A stretch of 64,000 bases of DNA from an uncultured virus (IMG/VR IMGVR_UViG_3300006217_001617). Lineage: Duplodnaviria; Heunggongvirae; Uroviricota; Caudoviricetes. The stretch is from IMG/VR virus record IMGVR_UViG_3300006217_001617; one strand, given 5' to 3'. Within the stretch, counting starts at the first letter, position 1, and each line of letters begins with the position of its first letter. The notes below the pieces were generated by a model. The model searched no databases. It was given only the letters and a program-made list of their open reading frames with translations, and had not been told where the DNA came from. A program made the translations under genes and the position numbers. Shown here in pieces: positions 36,091 to 43,575 of this stretch.

Positions 36091-36822
36091 TTACAGGGCG
36101 ATGTACACGCGCTCGCACTCGACCTCATCGGCAAGCTCGTCCTCTAAAAATGCCTTGATGGTTTCGCGGGCGCGCAGCTTCCACATGCCGCCGTCCGCTT
36201 CCACAAAGCGGATGGTGCGCTCATTCAGGCGGATCAGGAAAATACTTTCCGGCTGCTCGACCTCCTGGAAGGTGCGGTAAGGGCGCAGGGAAACCAGCGG
36301 ACGGATTTGATCACTGGACTGCAACGCAACGCCTTTCTGTGTCACAACGGTCGTCGCAATGCCGTTATCGTTGAAGGTAACCTTTGCACCAGTGCAGATA
36401 TCCGACAGCAGCTTTATGGTATAAGGGCGGTCGTTGGAATCCTGAAAGCGCGTGCGCAGCGCGATCTGCGCTTCCTCGAACCCGAGCTGCACATTTTCAT
36501 CCCAACCGGGCACATCGGTCGCATTCACGTTATAAAAGAGCTGCCGGAAACACCGTTTATCATCATTCGGCTGCGCAAAACACTGTACTTTCAGGTGGGA
36601 GGGGATCGTGATGTACAACGGCGAAGAAACCTTGCAGGCTTCCGTCTGTACCAGCTTGACCAATGCGTCCAGGCTGTTCAGTGTCAGGGTGTCAGGGCGG
36701 ATGGCTTCCGGATGGATCTCGATCGGGTCCTCATTGGCGTTAATCACAAAGTGCGAACCTTCGATTTCTACGATCTGCGGCTGAGTAGTTTTCTGGATAT
36801 GCTCAATAAATTCCTTTAACAT
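36091..36822 (-). CDS. Conserved phage hypothetical protein
   Basis: L.PYRTF.EVEQPES.F..R...EADGG.WK motif; AAGGAGG RBS. Confidence 0.8.
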   Translation of the reverse strand: MLKEFIEHIQKTTQPQIVEIEGSHFVINANEDPIEIHPEAIRPDTLTLNSLDALVKLVQTEACKVSSPLYITIPSHLKVQCFAQPNDDKRCFRQLFYNVNATDVPGWDENVQLGFEEAQIALRTRFQDSNDRPYTIKLLSDICTGAKVTFNDNGIATTVVTQKGVALQSSDQIRPLVSLRPYRTFQEVEQPESIFLIRLNERTIRFVEADGGMWKLRARETIKAFLEDELADEVECERVYIAL

Positions 36823-36833
36823 AATGATCCTCC

Positions 36834-37211
36834 TTATCTAAAATTAACAATTTTGAGGGATGCGGGCGCGGCTTCTTCCGTACCGTCGATGTCCATCTGT
36901 CCGGGGATTTGCGGAGCCATTTCGACCACGTTTTTACCGTCCGCCACATAGAGCGACGTGACAACAGGGTTGGTCGGGACAGGGGTAAATTTCGCGGCGC
37001 AGCTGACCTGGACTACCTGACGGTCGTCGTCCGGCTTAAATTCCAGCGTCAGGACGAGCTTGCGCTTTGCAGTCGCGCTCGTGTTCGCGTCCATGATATT
37101 TTCGATGATGCGCGCCATCTCATAATCTACGCGCTCCAATATCGCGCCGCGCGCCATCTGCAAAATAGATTTCGGGTTTCCGTTCACGTTTTCACCTTCT
37201 CCCTCAGCCAC
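36834..37211 (-). CDS. Conserved phage hypothetical protein, partner of the downstream gene
   Basis: A.GA..ER...I..NI.D.NT.AT.KRK..L.L motif; start uncertain (GTG ~37187). Confidence 0.75.
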   Translation of the reverse strand: MAEGEGENVNGNPKSILQMARGAILERVDYEMARIIENIMDANTSATAKRKLVLTLEFKPDDDRQVVQVSCAAKFTPVPTNPVVTSLYVADGKNVVEMAPQIPGQMDIDGTEEAAPASLKIVNFR

Positions 37212-37549
37212 AGCGCTATGCAGTTATAGCAATTAGGGTGATCATGATATCTGCATGGGAGTGGCTCTTCTTTGAAGTGAGAGCAAAATAAAGGATCGGC
37301 TCCCTCAAGAAGCGCCGCCATTTCTTCCGGCGTCTCGCAGTTCTTGACGCGCTCGAACCAGGTGGGGGACTCGTCCCCGTCCGTCTCTGCGGAATACGCC
37401 CGCAGGCTCGCTTTCGTCCGTGCGATATCGCCGTCGAGCAGCTCCACGTACCGCGCCCAGACATAGGACGCGCCCGGATTGGACGCCATGTCCGCGCAGT
37501 AATCGCGCAAATCTTTATACAGTGCAGGCACTTTATCACTAAAAATCAT
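37184..37549 (-). CDS. Hypothetical early protein
   Basis: GAAGGTG RBS; C-terminal C..CI..WL motif. Confidence 0.65.
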   Translation of the reverse strand: MIFSDKVPALYKDLRDYCADMASNPGASYVWARYVELLDGDIARTKASLRAYSAETDGDESPTWFERVKNCETPEEMAALLEGADPLFCSHFKEEPLPCRYHDHPNCYNCIALWLREKVKT

Positions 37550-37561
37550 AATGACACCTTC

Positions 37562-37726
37562 TTAAAAGACCTCAACTTGACCGGTTTCCTCCATCAGCGA
37601 AAGCGCCGTTTTCAGCGCGGCAATCATAGGCCGCCGGTCCTTCGCGATTTCTTCCGCAAGATAGTCCTCGCATTCATGCGTAATCATAACCAGCGCATGG
37701 TACAGCTCGATATAGTGCGTTTCCAT
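37562..37726 (-). CDS. Small hypothetical early protein
   Basis: 3' part of ORF 37562-37885 fills the operon gap; start uncertain. Confidence 0.45.
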   Translation of the reverse strand: METHYIELYHALVMITHECEDYLAEEIAKDRRPMIAALKTALSLMEETGQVEVF

Positions 37727-37742
37727 GCTTTTCTGCTGCTTT

Positions 37743-38099
37743 TTACGCATCCTTGCCACCATCACCGCGCAAGGTACCCATGAGCACATAAGACATGAAA
37801 CCAATCGATTCAATATTGTCTGCGACTCTTTTGGTCTGTTGATATAACGGGTCATCCTTATCAAATCGGTTCCCGATGACCTCACTGAGCTCTTTTGCCG
37901 ATCGGTGCGCCTTTCCCAGGGCTAAATCAATCTCCTTTACACTTTTGCTACACGCCTGGATCTGCTCCAGTCGCCGGGAAATGGCCAGCATGGAGCCGGT
38001 CATGCCGGTCAGTGCGCGGGGATGAGTGGTCGTTTCCGACATCCTTTCCAGCCGGACGAGCTGCCGTTCCAGCATGCTCCTGATTTCATCGCTTGTCAT
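37743..38099 (-). CDS. Hypothetical early protein
   Basis: AGGAGG RBS; N-terminus resembles the 39872-40015 product. Confidence 0.65.
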   Translation of the reverse strand: MTSDEIRSMLERQLVRLERMSETTTHPRALTGMTGSMLAISRRLEQIQACSKSVKEIDLALGKAHRSAKELSEVIGNRFDKDDPLYQQTKRVADNIESIGFMSYVLMGTLRGDGGKDA

Positions 38100-38111
38100 G
38101 GTATGTACCTC

Positions 38112-38396
38112 CTATAATTTTGGTTTTGCGTTTCCTCTCGAGCGCCGCTTCCTCGCGTAATCCGCTCGATATCTGCATTCGTCAGAGCAGTATTTTGCCT
38201 TTGGGTGAGCATTAGGCATGATTCTGCCGCACACTTCGCAGGGACGGTCCGGGCGCGCCTTCCGGTTCCGCCCTGGCCGTGCTGCCTGCCCGGCCGGCAT
38301 GCAGGCCTCCCGCTGCATCCACTCCCGCGCGACCAGCTGCCCATAGGTCAGTCCGAGCGCACGGGCGGCGGCTTCTTTCTCTGCGATTTCGCTCAT
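38112..38396 (-). CDS. Zinc-finger hypothetical protein
   Basis: A.ALGLTYGQ and CEVCG...KYCSDEC motifs. Confidence 0.7.
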   Translation of the reverse strand: MSEIAEKEAAARALGLTYGQLVAREWMQREACMPAGQAARPGRNRKARPDRPCEVCGRIMPNAHPKAKYCSDECRYRADYARKRRSRGNAKPKL

Positions 38397-38587
38397 GTGC
38401 CCGGCGGCAGTTCGCCGCAGTCGTCCAGCCCGGCCATTTCACGGACAAGCGCGTCCCGCAGGTCGGCGACCATCTCTGCCACCTTGTCCAGCAGGCCGAT
38501 TCGGTATTCCGCTGGATACATCGGATCAATCGCCTGAAGCAGCAGATACGCGCCGCCGCTGCCAATGTCCTGCATCTGTTCTGTCAT
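38393..38587 (-). CDS. Small hypothetical early protein
   Basis: ATGA overlaps on both sides; AAGGAGG RBS. Confidence 0.65.
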   Translation of the reverse strand: MTEQMQDIGSGGAYLLLQAIDPMYPAEYRIGLLDKVAEMVADLRDALVREMAGLDDCGELPPGT

Positions 38588-38790
38588 GCGGGTTCCTCCT
38601 TGATTTGATTTTGCGCGCCCTCCTGGGCGTCGGCAATCCGCGTGGCCTTGACCGTGCCCTCTACACCGTAGGTCAGCCGCAGGGCAGCGCCCAGCGCGTC
38701 AAACAGCCGGGCGAAGTCAAGCCGACCCTCCACCTGAACGCCTTCTGCTGCAAAACGCTCGTACATTCCGGCGTGAGTATTCTCTGTCAT
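38584..38790 (-). CDS. Small hypothetical early protein
   Basis: AAGGAGG RBS before MTENTH. Confidence 0.6.
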   Translation of the reverse strand: MTENTHAGMYERFAAEGVQVEGRLDFARLFDALGAALRLTYGVEGTVKATRIADAQEGAQNQIKEEPA

Positions 38791-38803
38791 GGAAAAGCCC
38801 TCC

Positions 38804-38849
38804 TTGCACCTCCTATTGAAATCTGATATACTGAAATCAGAAAGGAGGT
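38804..38849 (+). promoter_or_regulatory. Cassette promoter/RBS block, copy 1
   Basis: TTGCAC-17 bp-TATACT with TG extension, then AAAGGAGG; near-identical block at 39654. Confidence 0.75.
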
Positions 38850-38855
38850 GAAAAT

Positions 38856-39338
38856 ATGAATGATTACTTTTATGCGTCAATCTGTCTGAACGGACATTGC
38901 AGCGATTCCTGCTTAACCGTCCCGGTTGCTCAAGAGCGCTATTGCGAATATTGTGGAAAAGAAATTATAACACAATGTCCAAACTGCAAAACTGCCATCA
39001 GAGGGAGATTTGATTATGGCGCGGAGAACGTTTGGGACTGTACAGATTACAATCCCCCTCTGTATTGTTATTGCTGCGGAAAAGCGTTTCCATGGACACA
39101 GACTGCACTTGACACTGTAAAAGCATTACTCGAAGAGGACGATAATCTGTCATCAGATCAACGTCAAAAACTGGTTGAGGTCCTTCCGGACGCCATTCAG
39201 GAAACGCCCAAAACACAGCTTGCAACAATAAGGCTCCAAAAGGCACTCAAATCGGTCGGCCGATTCACTGCGGATTCCCTTCGACAATTCTTAATTGATT
39301 TTGGATGCGAATACCTCAAGAAAGCCTTAAAACTTTGA
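38856..39338 (+). CDS. DUF2321-like zinc-ribbon protein (moron)
   Basis: ICLNGH...C..CG...CPNC...IRG...P.YC..CGK.FPWT motif; AT-rich; own promoter. Confidence 0.8.
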   Translation: MNDYFYASICLNGHCSDSCLTVPVAQERYCEYCGKEIITQCPNCKTAIRGRFDYGAENVWDCTDYNPPLYCYCCGKAFPWTQTALDTVKALLEEDDNLSSDQRQKLVEVLPDAIQETPKTQLATIRLQKALKSVGRFTADSLRQFLIDFGCEYLKKALKL

Positions 39339-39512
39339 TTGCTTCCTCTCCAGAAAAAGCCTGTAACCCGGACATTTGCCCTGCCCGCAGTTATAGGGCT
39401 TTTTCTTTACCCAGCAATAGCAGATGTTCCTCACCTTAGATCCACATTTGCGACAATAATTAGCTTTTTCTGAGTTGTTCGCCCCACATTTAATACATAT
39501 CGATTTAATCAC
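39327..39512 (-). CDS. Small Cys-rich zinc-ribbon protein
   Basis: CIKCG..N...ANYCRKCG; GTG start; 3' end overlaps the convergent DUF2321-like gene by 12 nt. Confidence 0.65.
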   Translation of the reverse strand: MIKSICIKCGANNSEKANYCRKCGSKVRNICYCWVKKKPYNCGQGKCPGYRLFLERKQSKF

Positions 39513-39521
39513 CCCATCACG

Positions 39522-39665
39522 ACCGCCCCGCATGGGGCGGCTTTTATGTGCCGTCCTGTGCTGCGGCACTATAACCCTTGCGCCTCCTTCCGTAGCCGCC
39601 CCGCCCGGGACAGCTTTTTATGCACTGCCTTATGCTGCGGCGGTTCGTAGCCCTTGCGCCTCCTG
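39522..39665. repeat. Tandem ~75-bp hairpin+RBS units; third homolog at 40025-40085
   Basis: CCGCCCC-loop-GGGGCGG-TTTTATG hairpins at 39522, 39595 (degenerate) and 40039; CCCTTGCGCCTCCT at 39575 and 39651. Confidence 0.75.
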
Positions 39666-39697
39666 TTGAAATCTGATATACTGAAATCGAGAAAGGA
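39654..39697 (+). promoter_or_regulatory. Cassette promoter/RBS block, copy 2
   Basis: TTGCGC-17 bp-TATACT; shares TTGAAATCTGATATACTGAAATC with copy 1. Confidence 0.75.
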
Positions 39698-39707
39698 TGT
39701 GAATAAA

Positions 39708-39875
39708 TTGAAGCCGGAAGAAATTGCTTTGAGCCTGACACTCAAGGGGATTGAGCATGGTAGTATTGTCCCGTCTACAAGTGGAGATTTGGGCATGGAA
39801 CATGCAGAGAAAATTGCCGAAGCGTACAAGATCATCCTTGATGGCGTAAGGAAATCGTACATAGGTGAAGACTAA
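39708..39875 (+). CDS. Small hypothetical moron protein (MKPEEIALSLTLK...)
   Basis: Downstream of promoter copy 2 and AAAGGA; TTG (or GTG at 39699) start. Confidence 0.6.
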   Translation: MKPEEIALSLTLKGIEHGSIVPSTSGDLGMEHAEKIAEAYKIILDGVRKSYIGED

Positions 39876-40015
39876 AACCTTAGACAATCCTCCACCGTAT
39901 GTATCGCAACCGAAAGCATCAAAAGTTCGGATGCGCTCAAACCGTCCTGAGCAGACTTCTCTGCAAGCAGCTGCAACTGTTTGCAGAGAAGTTCTTTTAT
40001 CTCATTGCGCGACAC
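39872..40015 (-). CDS. 47-aa hypothetical protein (MSRNEIKELLCKQLQLLAEKS...), below the ORF-track cutoff
   Basis: GGGAGG RBS, GTG start; TAG stop overlaps the TAA of the convergent gene. Confidence 0.6.
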   Translation of the reverse strand: MSRNEIKELLCKQLQLLAEKSAQDGLSASELLMLSVAIHTVEDCLRF

Positions 40016-40059
40016 GTCCTCTTACACCTCCCTTCGTGGCCGCCCCGGTTGGGGCGGTT

Positions 40060-40236
40060 TTATGCGCTGTCTTTGGCAGCGGCTGTTTGGATGCTCTCAC
40101 CGGCAAGCAGGCCGTCCGTGTAGGCCTGGAGCATCAGCGCGGCCAGGGCCTGTTTGTTCGTTGGAGCACTTTGCAGGACGGCATAGAGACGCTTGCCCTC
40201 GGCGATGCTCTCCGGGGTATATGGGGTTTTGTTCAT
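40060..40236 (-). CDS. First early gene, in Cro position (no clear HTH)
   Basis: AGGAGG RBS; divergent from the repressor. Confidence 0.65.
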   Translation of the reverse strand: MNKTPYTPESIAEGKRLYAVLQSAPTNKQALAALMLQAYTDGLLAGESIQTAAAKDSA

Positions 40237-40264
40237 CTTGGCCACCTCCTTTGTTCGTTTGAGA

Positions 40265-40355
40265 CTATTGTAAGTCATATTGGGACAATTGTCAAGAACT
40301 TTTTTGTGCTTACGTGACTTTTTGTTGACAAAGGAACTTTTTTGTGCTATATTCG
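40265..40355. promoter_or_regulatory. Divergent lysis/lysogeny promoters with repeated operator-like motif
   Basis: Plus strand TTGACA(40325)-17-TATATT; minus strand TTGACA(40295)-17-TACAAT; GAACTTTTTTGTGCT at 40296 and 40334. Confidence 0.75.
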
Positions 40356-40376
40356 TTATAGAAGGGAGGAAAACCT

Positions 40377-40892
40377 ATGATTGGTGACCAAATAAAAGCA
40401 CTGAGAAAAACACTTGACCTTACTCAGCAGGCGTTTTGTGAACGAATAGGCATCAAAAGAAACACTATAGCGAAATACGAAACTGGCCGTGGAGAGCCTA
40501 TTGATGCCGTGGTGTCCTTGATATGTCGAGAGTTTGGCGTTAGTGAAGAATGGCTACGAACCGGGAACGGAAAAATGTTTAAGGAAAAGGAGACTGATGC
40601 ATTAGACATCTTGGCTTCCGAATATGGAATGAGCCAAAGCGACCGTATACTTATCGAAAAATTTCTTTCGTTAAAACCTGAGCACCGCCAAGCTGTGATG
40701 CAATACGCTATTGATGTTGCTGCCGCCTTTAACTCTTTAGAAAATACGGTAACAGTATCCGGGCAAATTGATCCGAAAGAGAAAATGTCTGTCGAGGAAG
40801 CCGAGGCGGTTTATATAAAAAGTCGCTTAGATGCTGCGCAGAAAACGGGACCGTCTGTTTTGAATACCTTGTCCGACACAATAACAGGATAA
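40377..40892 (+). CDS. CI-like XRE repressor
   Basis: IKALRK.L.LTQ..F...IGI...I..YE.G...IC..FGVSEEWLRTG.G.MF. Confidence 0.9.
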   Translation: MIGDQIKALRKTLDLTQQAFCERIGIKRNTIAKYETGRGEPIDAVVSLICREFGVSEEWLRTGNGKMFKEKETDALDILASEYGMSQSDRILIEKFLSLKPEHRQAVMQYAIDVAAAFNSLENTVTVSGQIDPKEKMSVEEAEAVYIKSRLDAAQKTGPSVLNTLSDTITG

Positions 40893-40934
40893 ATAAAAAA
40901 GCACCCAAACGACGCTAAAGTAGGAGGATTTCAA

Positions 40935-41984
40935 ATGCATAAAGTCTTGGTCTGCTTAACTACAATGGCACTCGCACTAACTCTTACAGCCTGTAATGCT
41001 CCGGTAAATAACGCGGGCACGCAAGATGTAGGTGAGTATACAGTATATCCTCATGATGCAAGTGACATCATGTTGGGGTTGTCTAAAATCGAAGAACCGC
41101 CGAAAGATATATTCACAACGCCAGCAAGCGAAAACGGTAAAGAGGGATACATATACAAGTTCATTGGCGAGATTACGGAAGAAAAATTCTCAAATGGATA
41201 TAATACGGCAACCGTAAAAACAGATACGGGTGAAATGGTTCTTATAGATATGTATTCCTATGTGGTCGAACAGTATCCGGATTTAAATCTTTCTGAAGGC
41301 GCATCTTATTTTAAGATGCCAAAAGTTGGCGAAAAAGTTTGCGCTTATGCGGAATATTCCGGCTATAGCGATACAATTGACGCCCCAACTTCATTTTTAG
41401 GGAGCATGGATGCACTGACACACATAATAGAAAATGCATTAAGCGAATGCGATGCTGACGTTCTTGAAAAATATGCAAGCGGGGATGAACCAGACGCGCC
41501 AAAGGATGATCTTGAGCAGGGCGGATTCGATCTTAATGCATATAAAGCTGCTGTTTCAGAATGTCGGGACGCGATTAACGAAGCTGGAATCGTAATATCA
41601 AATGTAGGCGCATACGAAGGCAAAGTCATTAGCGCGCTATCCTCCATGGGCGGCACCATTAGAGGCGATGAAGAAGTCAAAGATTTAGTCAATGATTCTT
41701 TTGAGTGGCTAGCTGAAAACGCAGATGAATCCCGCGAAACCGTTGACGCCGCATATAACGCTATTCGTCGGCAGTACAAAGATATTATTTTAACTGAGAT
41801 TGACGGAAAAGAAGCCGAGGAAATAGATTCCGCATTGCGCGGGATGTATGACGCGTATGAATCCATATATAATCTCGTAATATATCCCATAGGTTCAGCA
41901 TCGGCATTTGAAACAGAACTTCAGGGATATATAGACTCCTTTATCAATAGTGATGATGCTCTGTCATTGTTTTTAGACGATTGA
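40935..41984 (+). CDS. Acidic lipoprotein in the immunity region (possible superinfection exclusion)
   Basis: Lipobox LTAC; located between repressor and integrase. Confidence 0.7.
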   Translation: MHKVLVCLTTMALALTLTACNAPVNNAGTQDVGEYTVYPHDASDIMLGLSKIEEPPKDIFTTPASENGKEGYIYKFIGEITEEKFSNGYNTATVKTDTGEMVLIDMYSYVVEQYPDLNLSEGASYFKMPKVGEKVCAYAEYSGYSDTIDAPTSFLGSMDALTHIIENALSECDADVLEKYASGDEPDAPKDDLEQGGFDLNAYKAAVSECRDAINEAGIVISNVGAYEGKVISALSSMGGTIRGDEEVKDLVNDSFEWLAENADESRETVDAAYNAIRRQYKDIILTEIDGKEAEEIDSALRGMYDAYESIYNLVIYPIGSASAFETELQGYIDSFINSDDALSLFLDD

Positions 41985-42160
41985 TTCAATATGCCTTAGA
42001 AATGCCAAGGAAAAAGCAAATCCGCAACCGGTTTCGTTTTTACCAACAAAAAATGCCCCGTCCACTGCGCCAACAGTGAACAGGGCGGGTACTGAAAATT
42101 GCAACCTTTCCAGTACCCTTATTTTATCATACTCAAACGATAAAAGAAAGGGGTATTTTT

Positions 42161-43528
42161 ATGCCAAAAGAAAAAACTACATCCAATACCATTCCGCGCG
42201 TTGCGCTGTATGTCCGCGTCAGCGGGCAGGAACAGGCCATCAAGGGCTTGTCTCTGGAGGCCCAGCAGGAGGACCTGGAGGAATACGCCCGCGCCCAGGG
42301 CTGGATCATCGCCGGGGTTTACATCGATGCGGCCAAGACCGCGCGCAAGCGGCTTTACAAGCGCACCAACTTCCTGCGCATGCTGGAGGATGTCAAACAG
42401 GACAAAATCGACCTGATTTTATTCACCCGGCTTGACCGCTGGTTCCGGTCGGTCGCCGACTATTACAAGGTGATGGAAGTGCTTGAAGCACATCACTGTG
42501 ACTGGAAAACCACGCAGGAGCAGTACGACACCAGCACGGCCGGCGGCCGCCTGTACATCAACCTCCGCCTGTCCATCGCCCAGAATGAGGCCGACCTTTG
42601 CGGTGAACGCATCAGCGCGGTATTTGATAATAAAATCAAACATGGCACCGTCGTGTCCGGGGCGGTGCCATTCGGATATCGAATCAATGATCAAAAGCGC
42701 TTGGAAATCGTGCCGGATCAAGCCGCAATTGTTCTGGACGTGTTTGAGCATTATCGTGCAGTGGTGTCCAAGCGCGCCACACTAAAATATGTCCGCGAAA
42801 CCTATGGTATCAACTGGTGCCCTGGGACGATGAAAAATATTCTTCAGCAGCAGCGATATACCGGGTATTACGAAAGCCGCAACCGCGTAAAGGAAAATTT
42901 CTGCCCGGCCATTGTACCGCAAGAGCTGTTTGACGAAGTGCAGCGACTGCTCGACCGCAATGCAAAACAAGGCCCCGCTGGACGCATCTACTTATTTTCG
43001 TCCATCCTCATTTGCAATGAGTGTGGGCACCGGCTGTCAAGCGCGTTCAATCGAAAACCATATTACCGGTGCTACAACTACTCTAATCGTCGGCTATGCA
43101 CACACAAGCGCAATATCCGCGAGGAAGTCCTAGAAAAATGGCTGCTGGAGCATATCGAAAGTGAATTTGCACAGTACCGGATGAAATGGGAACAGGCTGA
43201 GGAACAGCGTAAGCGCACGGCGAAATCTGTAGACCGCGCCGCAATCCGCCGAAAGCTCGCCAGGCTTCAGGACCTGTATGTGAATGAATTGATTGATATA
43301 GAAAATTATCGCCGAGACTACGAGATGTACATGGATCAGCTTGCCGTACCGCCCGAGCAGGAAAACCCGCGCCCTAACTTTGAAAATATCGACGCACTGC
43401 TATCCAAGGGATTCCGCCGCACCTATGAAGAACTTTCACAAGAAGGGAAACGCACCTTTTGGCGTTCTATCATCCGAGAAATCCACATCGATAACGACAA
43501 TCAAGTCGTCAATATCATTTTTTCATAG
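42161..43528 (+). CDS. int: Large serine recombinase (integrase)
   Basis: YVRVS catalytic Ser, RLDRWFR, PFGY recombinase domain, C..CG...YYRC...C zinc ribbon, coiled coil; ends next to the att junction. Confidence 0.96.
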   Translation: MPKEKTTSNTIPRVALYVRVSGQEQAIKGLSLEAQQEDLEEYARAQGWIIAGVYIDAAKTARKRLYKRTNFLRMLEDVKQDKIDLILFTRLDRWFRSVADYYKVMEVLEAHHCDWKTTQEQYDTSTAGGRLYINLRLSIAQNEADLCGERISAVFDNKIKHGTVVSGAVPFGYRINDQKRLEIVPDQAAIVLDVFEHYRAVVSKRATLKYVRETYGINWCPGTMKNILQQQRYTGYYESRNRVKENFCPAIVPQELFDEVQRLLDRNAKQGPAGRIYLFSSILICNECGHRLSSAFNRKPYYRCYNYSNRRLCTHKRNIREEVLEKWLLEHIESEFAQYRMKWEQAEEQRKRTAKSVDRAAIRRKLARLQDLYVNELIDIENYRRDYEMYMDQLAVPPEQENPRPNFENIDALLSKGFRRTYEELSQEGKRTFWRSIIREIHIDNDNQVVNIIFS

Positions 43529-43534
43529 GATTTT

Positions 43535-43575
43535 GTATACTAACTGGATTAACCCTCCGGCAGGTGATCCAAACG
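43535..43575. other. Prophage junction (att site, integrase-side end), core TCCGG at 43556-43560
   Basis: Adhesin frame ...DHLP runs into phage-derived EG-TAA; arm GTATACTAACTGGAT is an imperfect inverted match to ATACAATTAGTACAC at 5469-5483. Confidence 0.9.

Larger units (their letters stand above)
5460..43560. mobile_element. Temperate siphophage-like prophage, ~38.1 kb, serine-integrase type, apparently complete
   Basis: Integrase, repressor, replication, packaging, head, tail and lysis modules in canonical order, bounded by TCCGG repeats that split a host-element gene. Confidence 0.95.
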
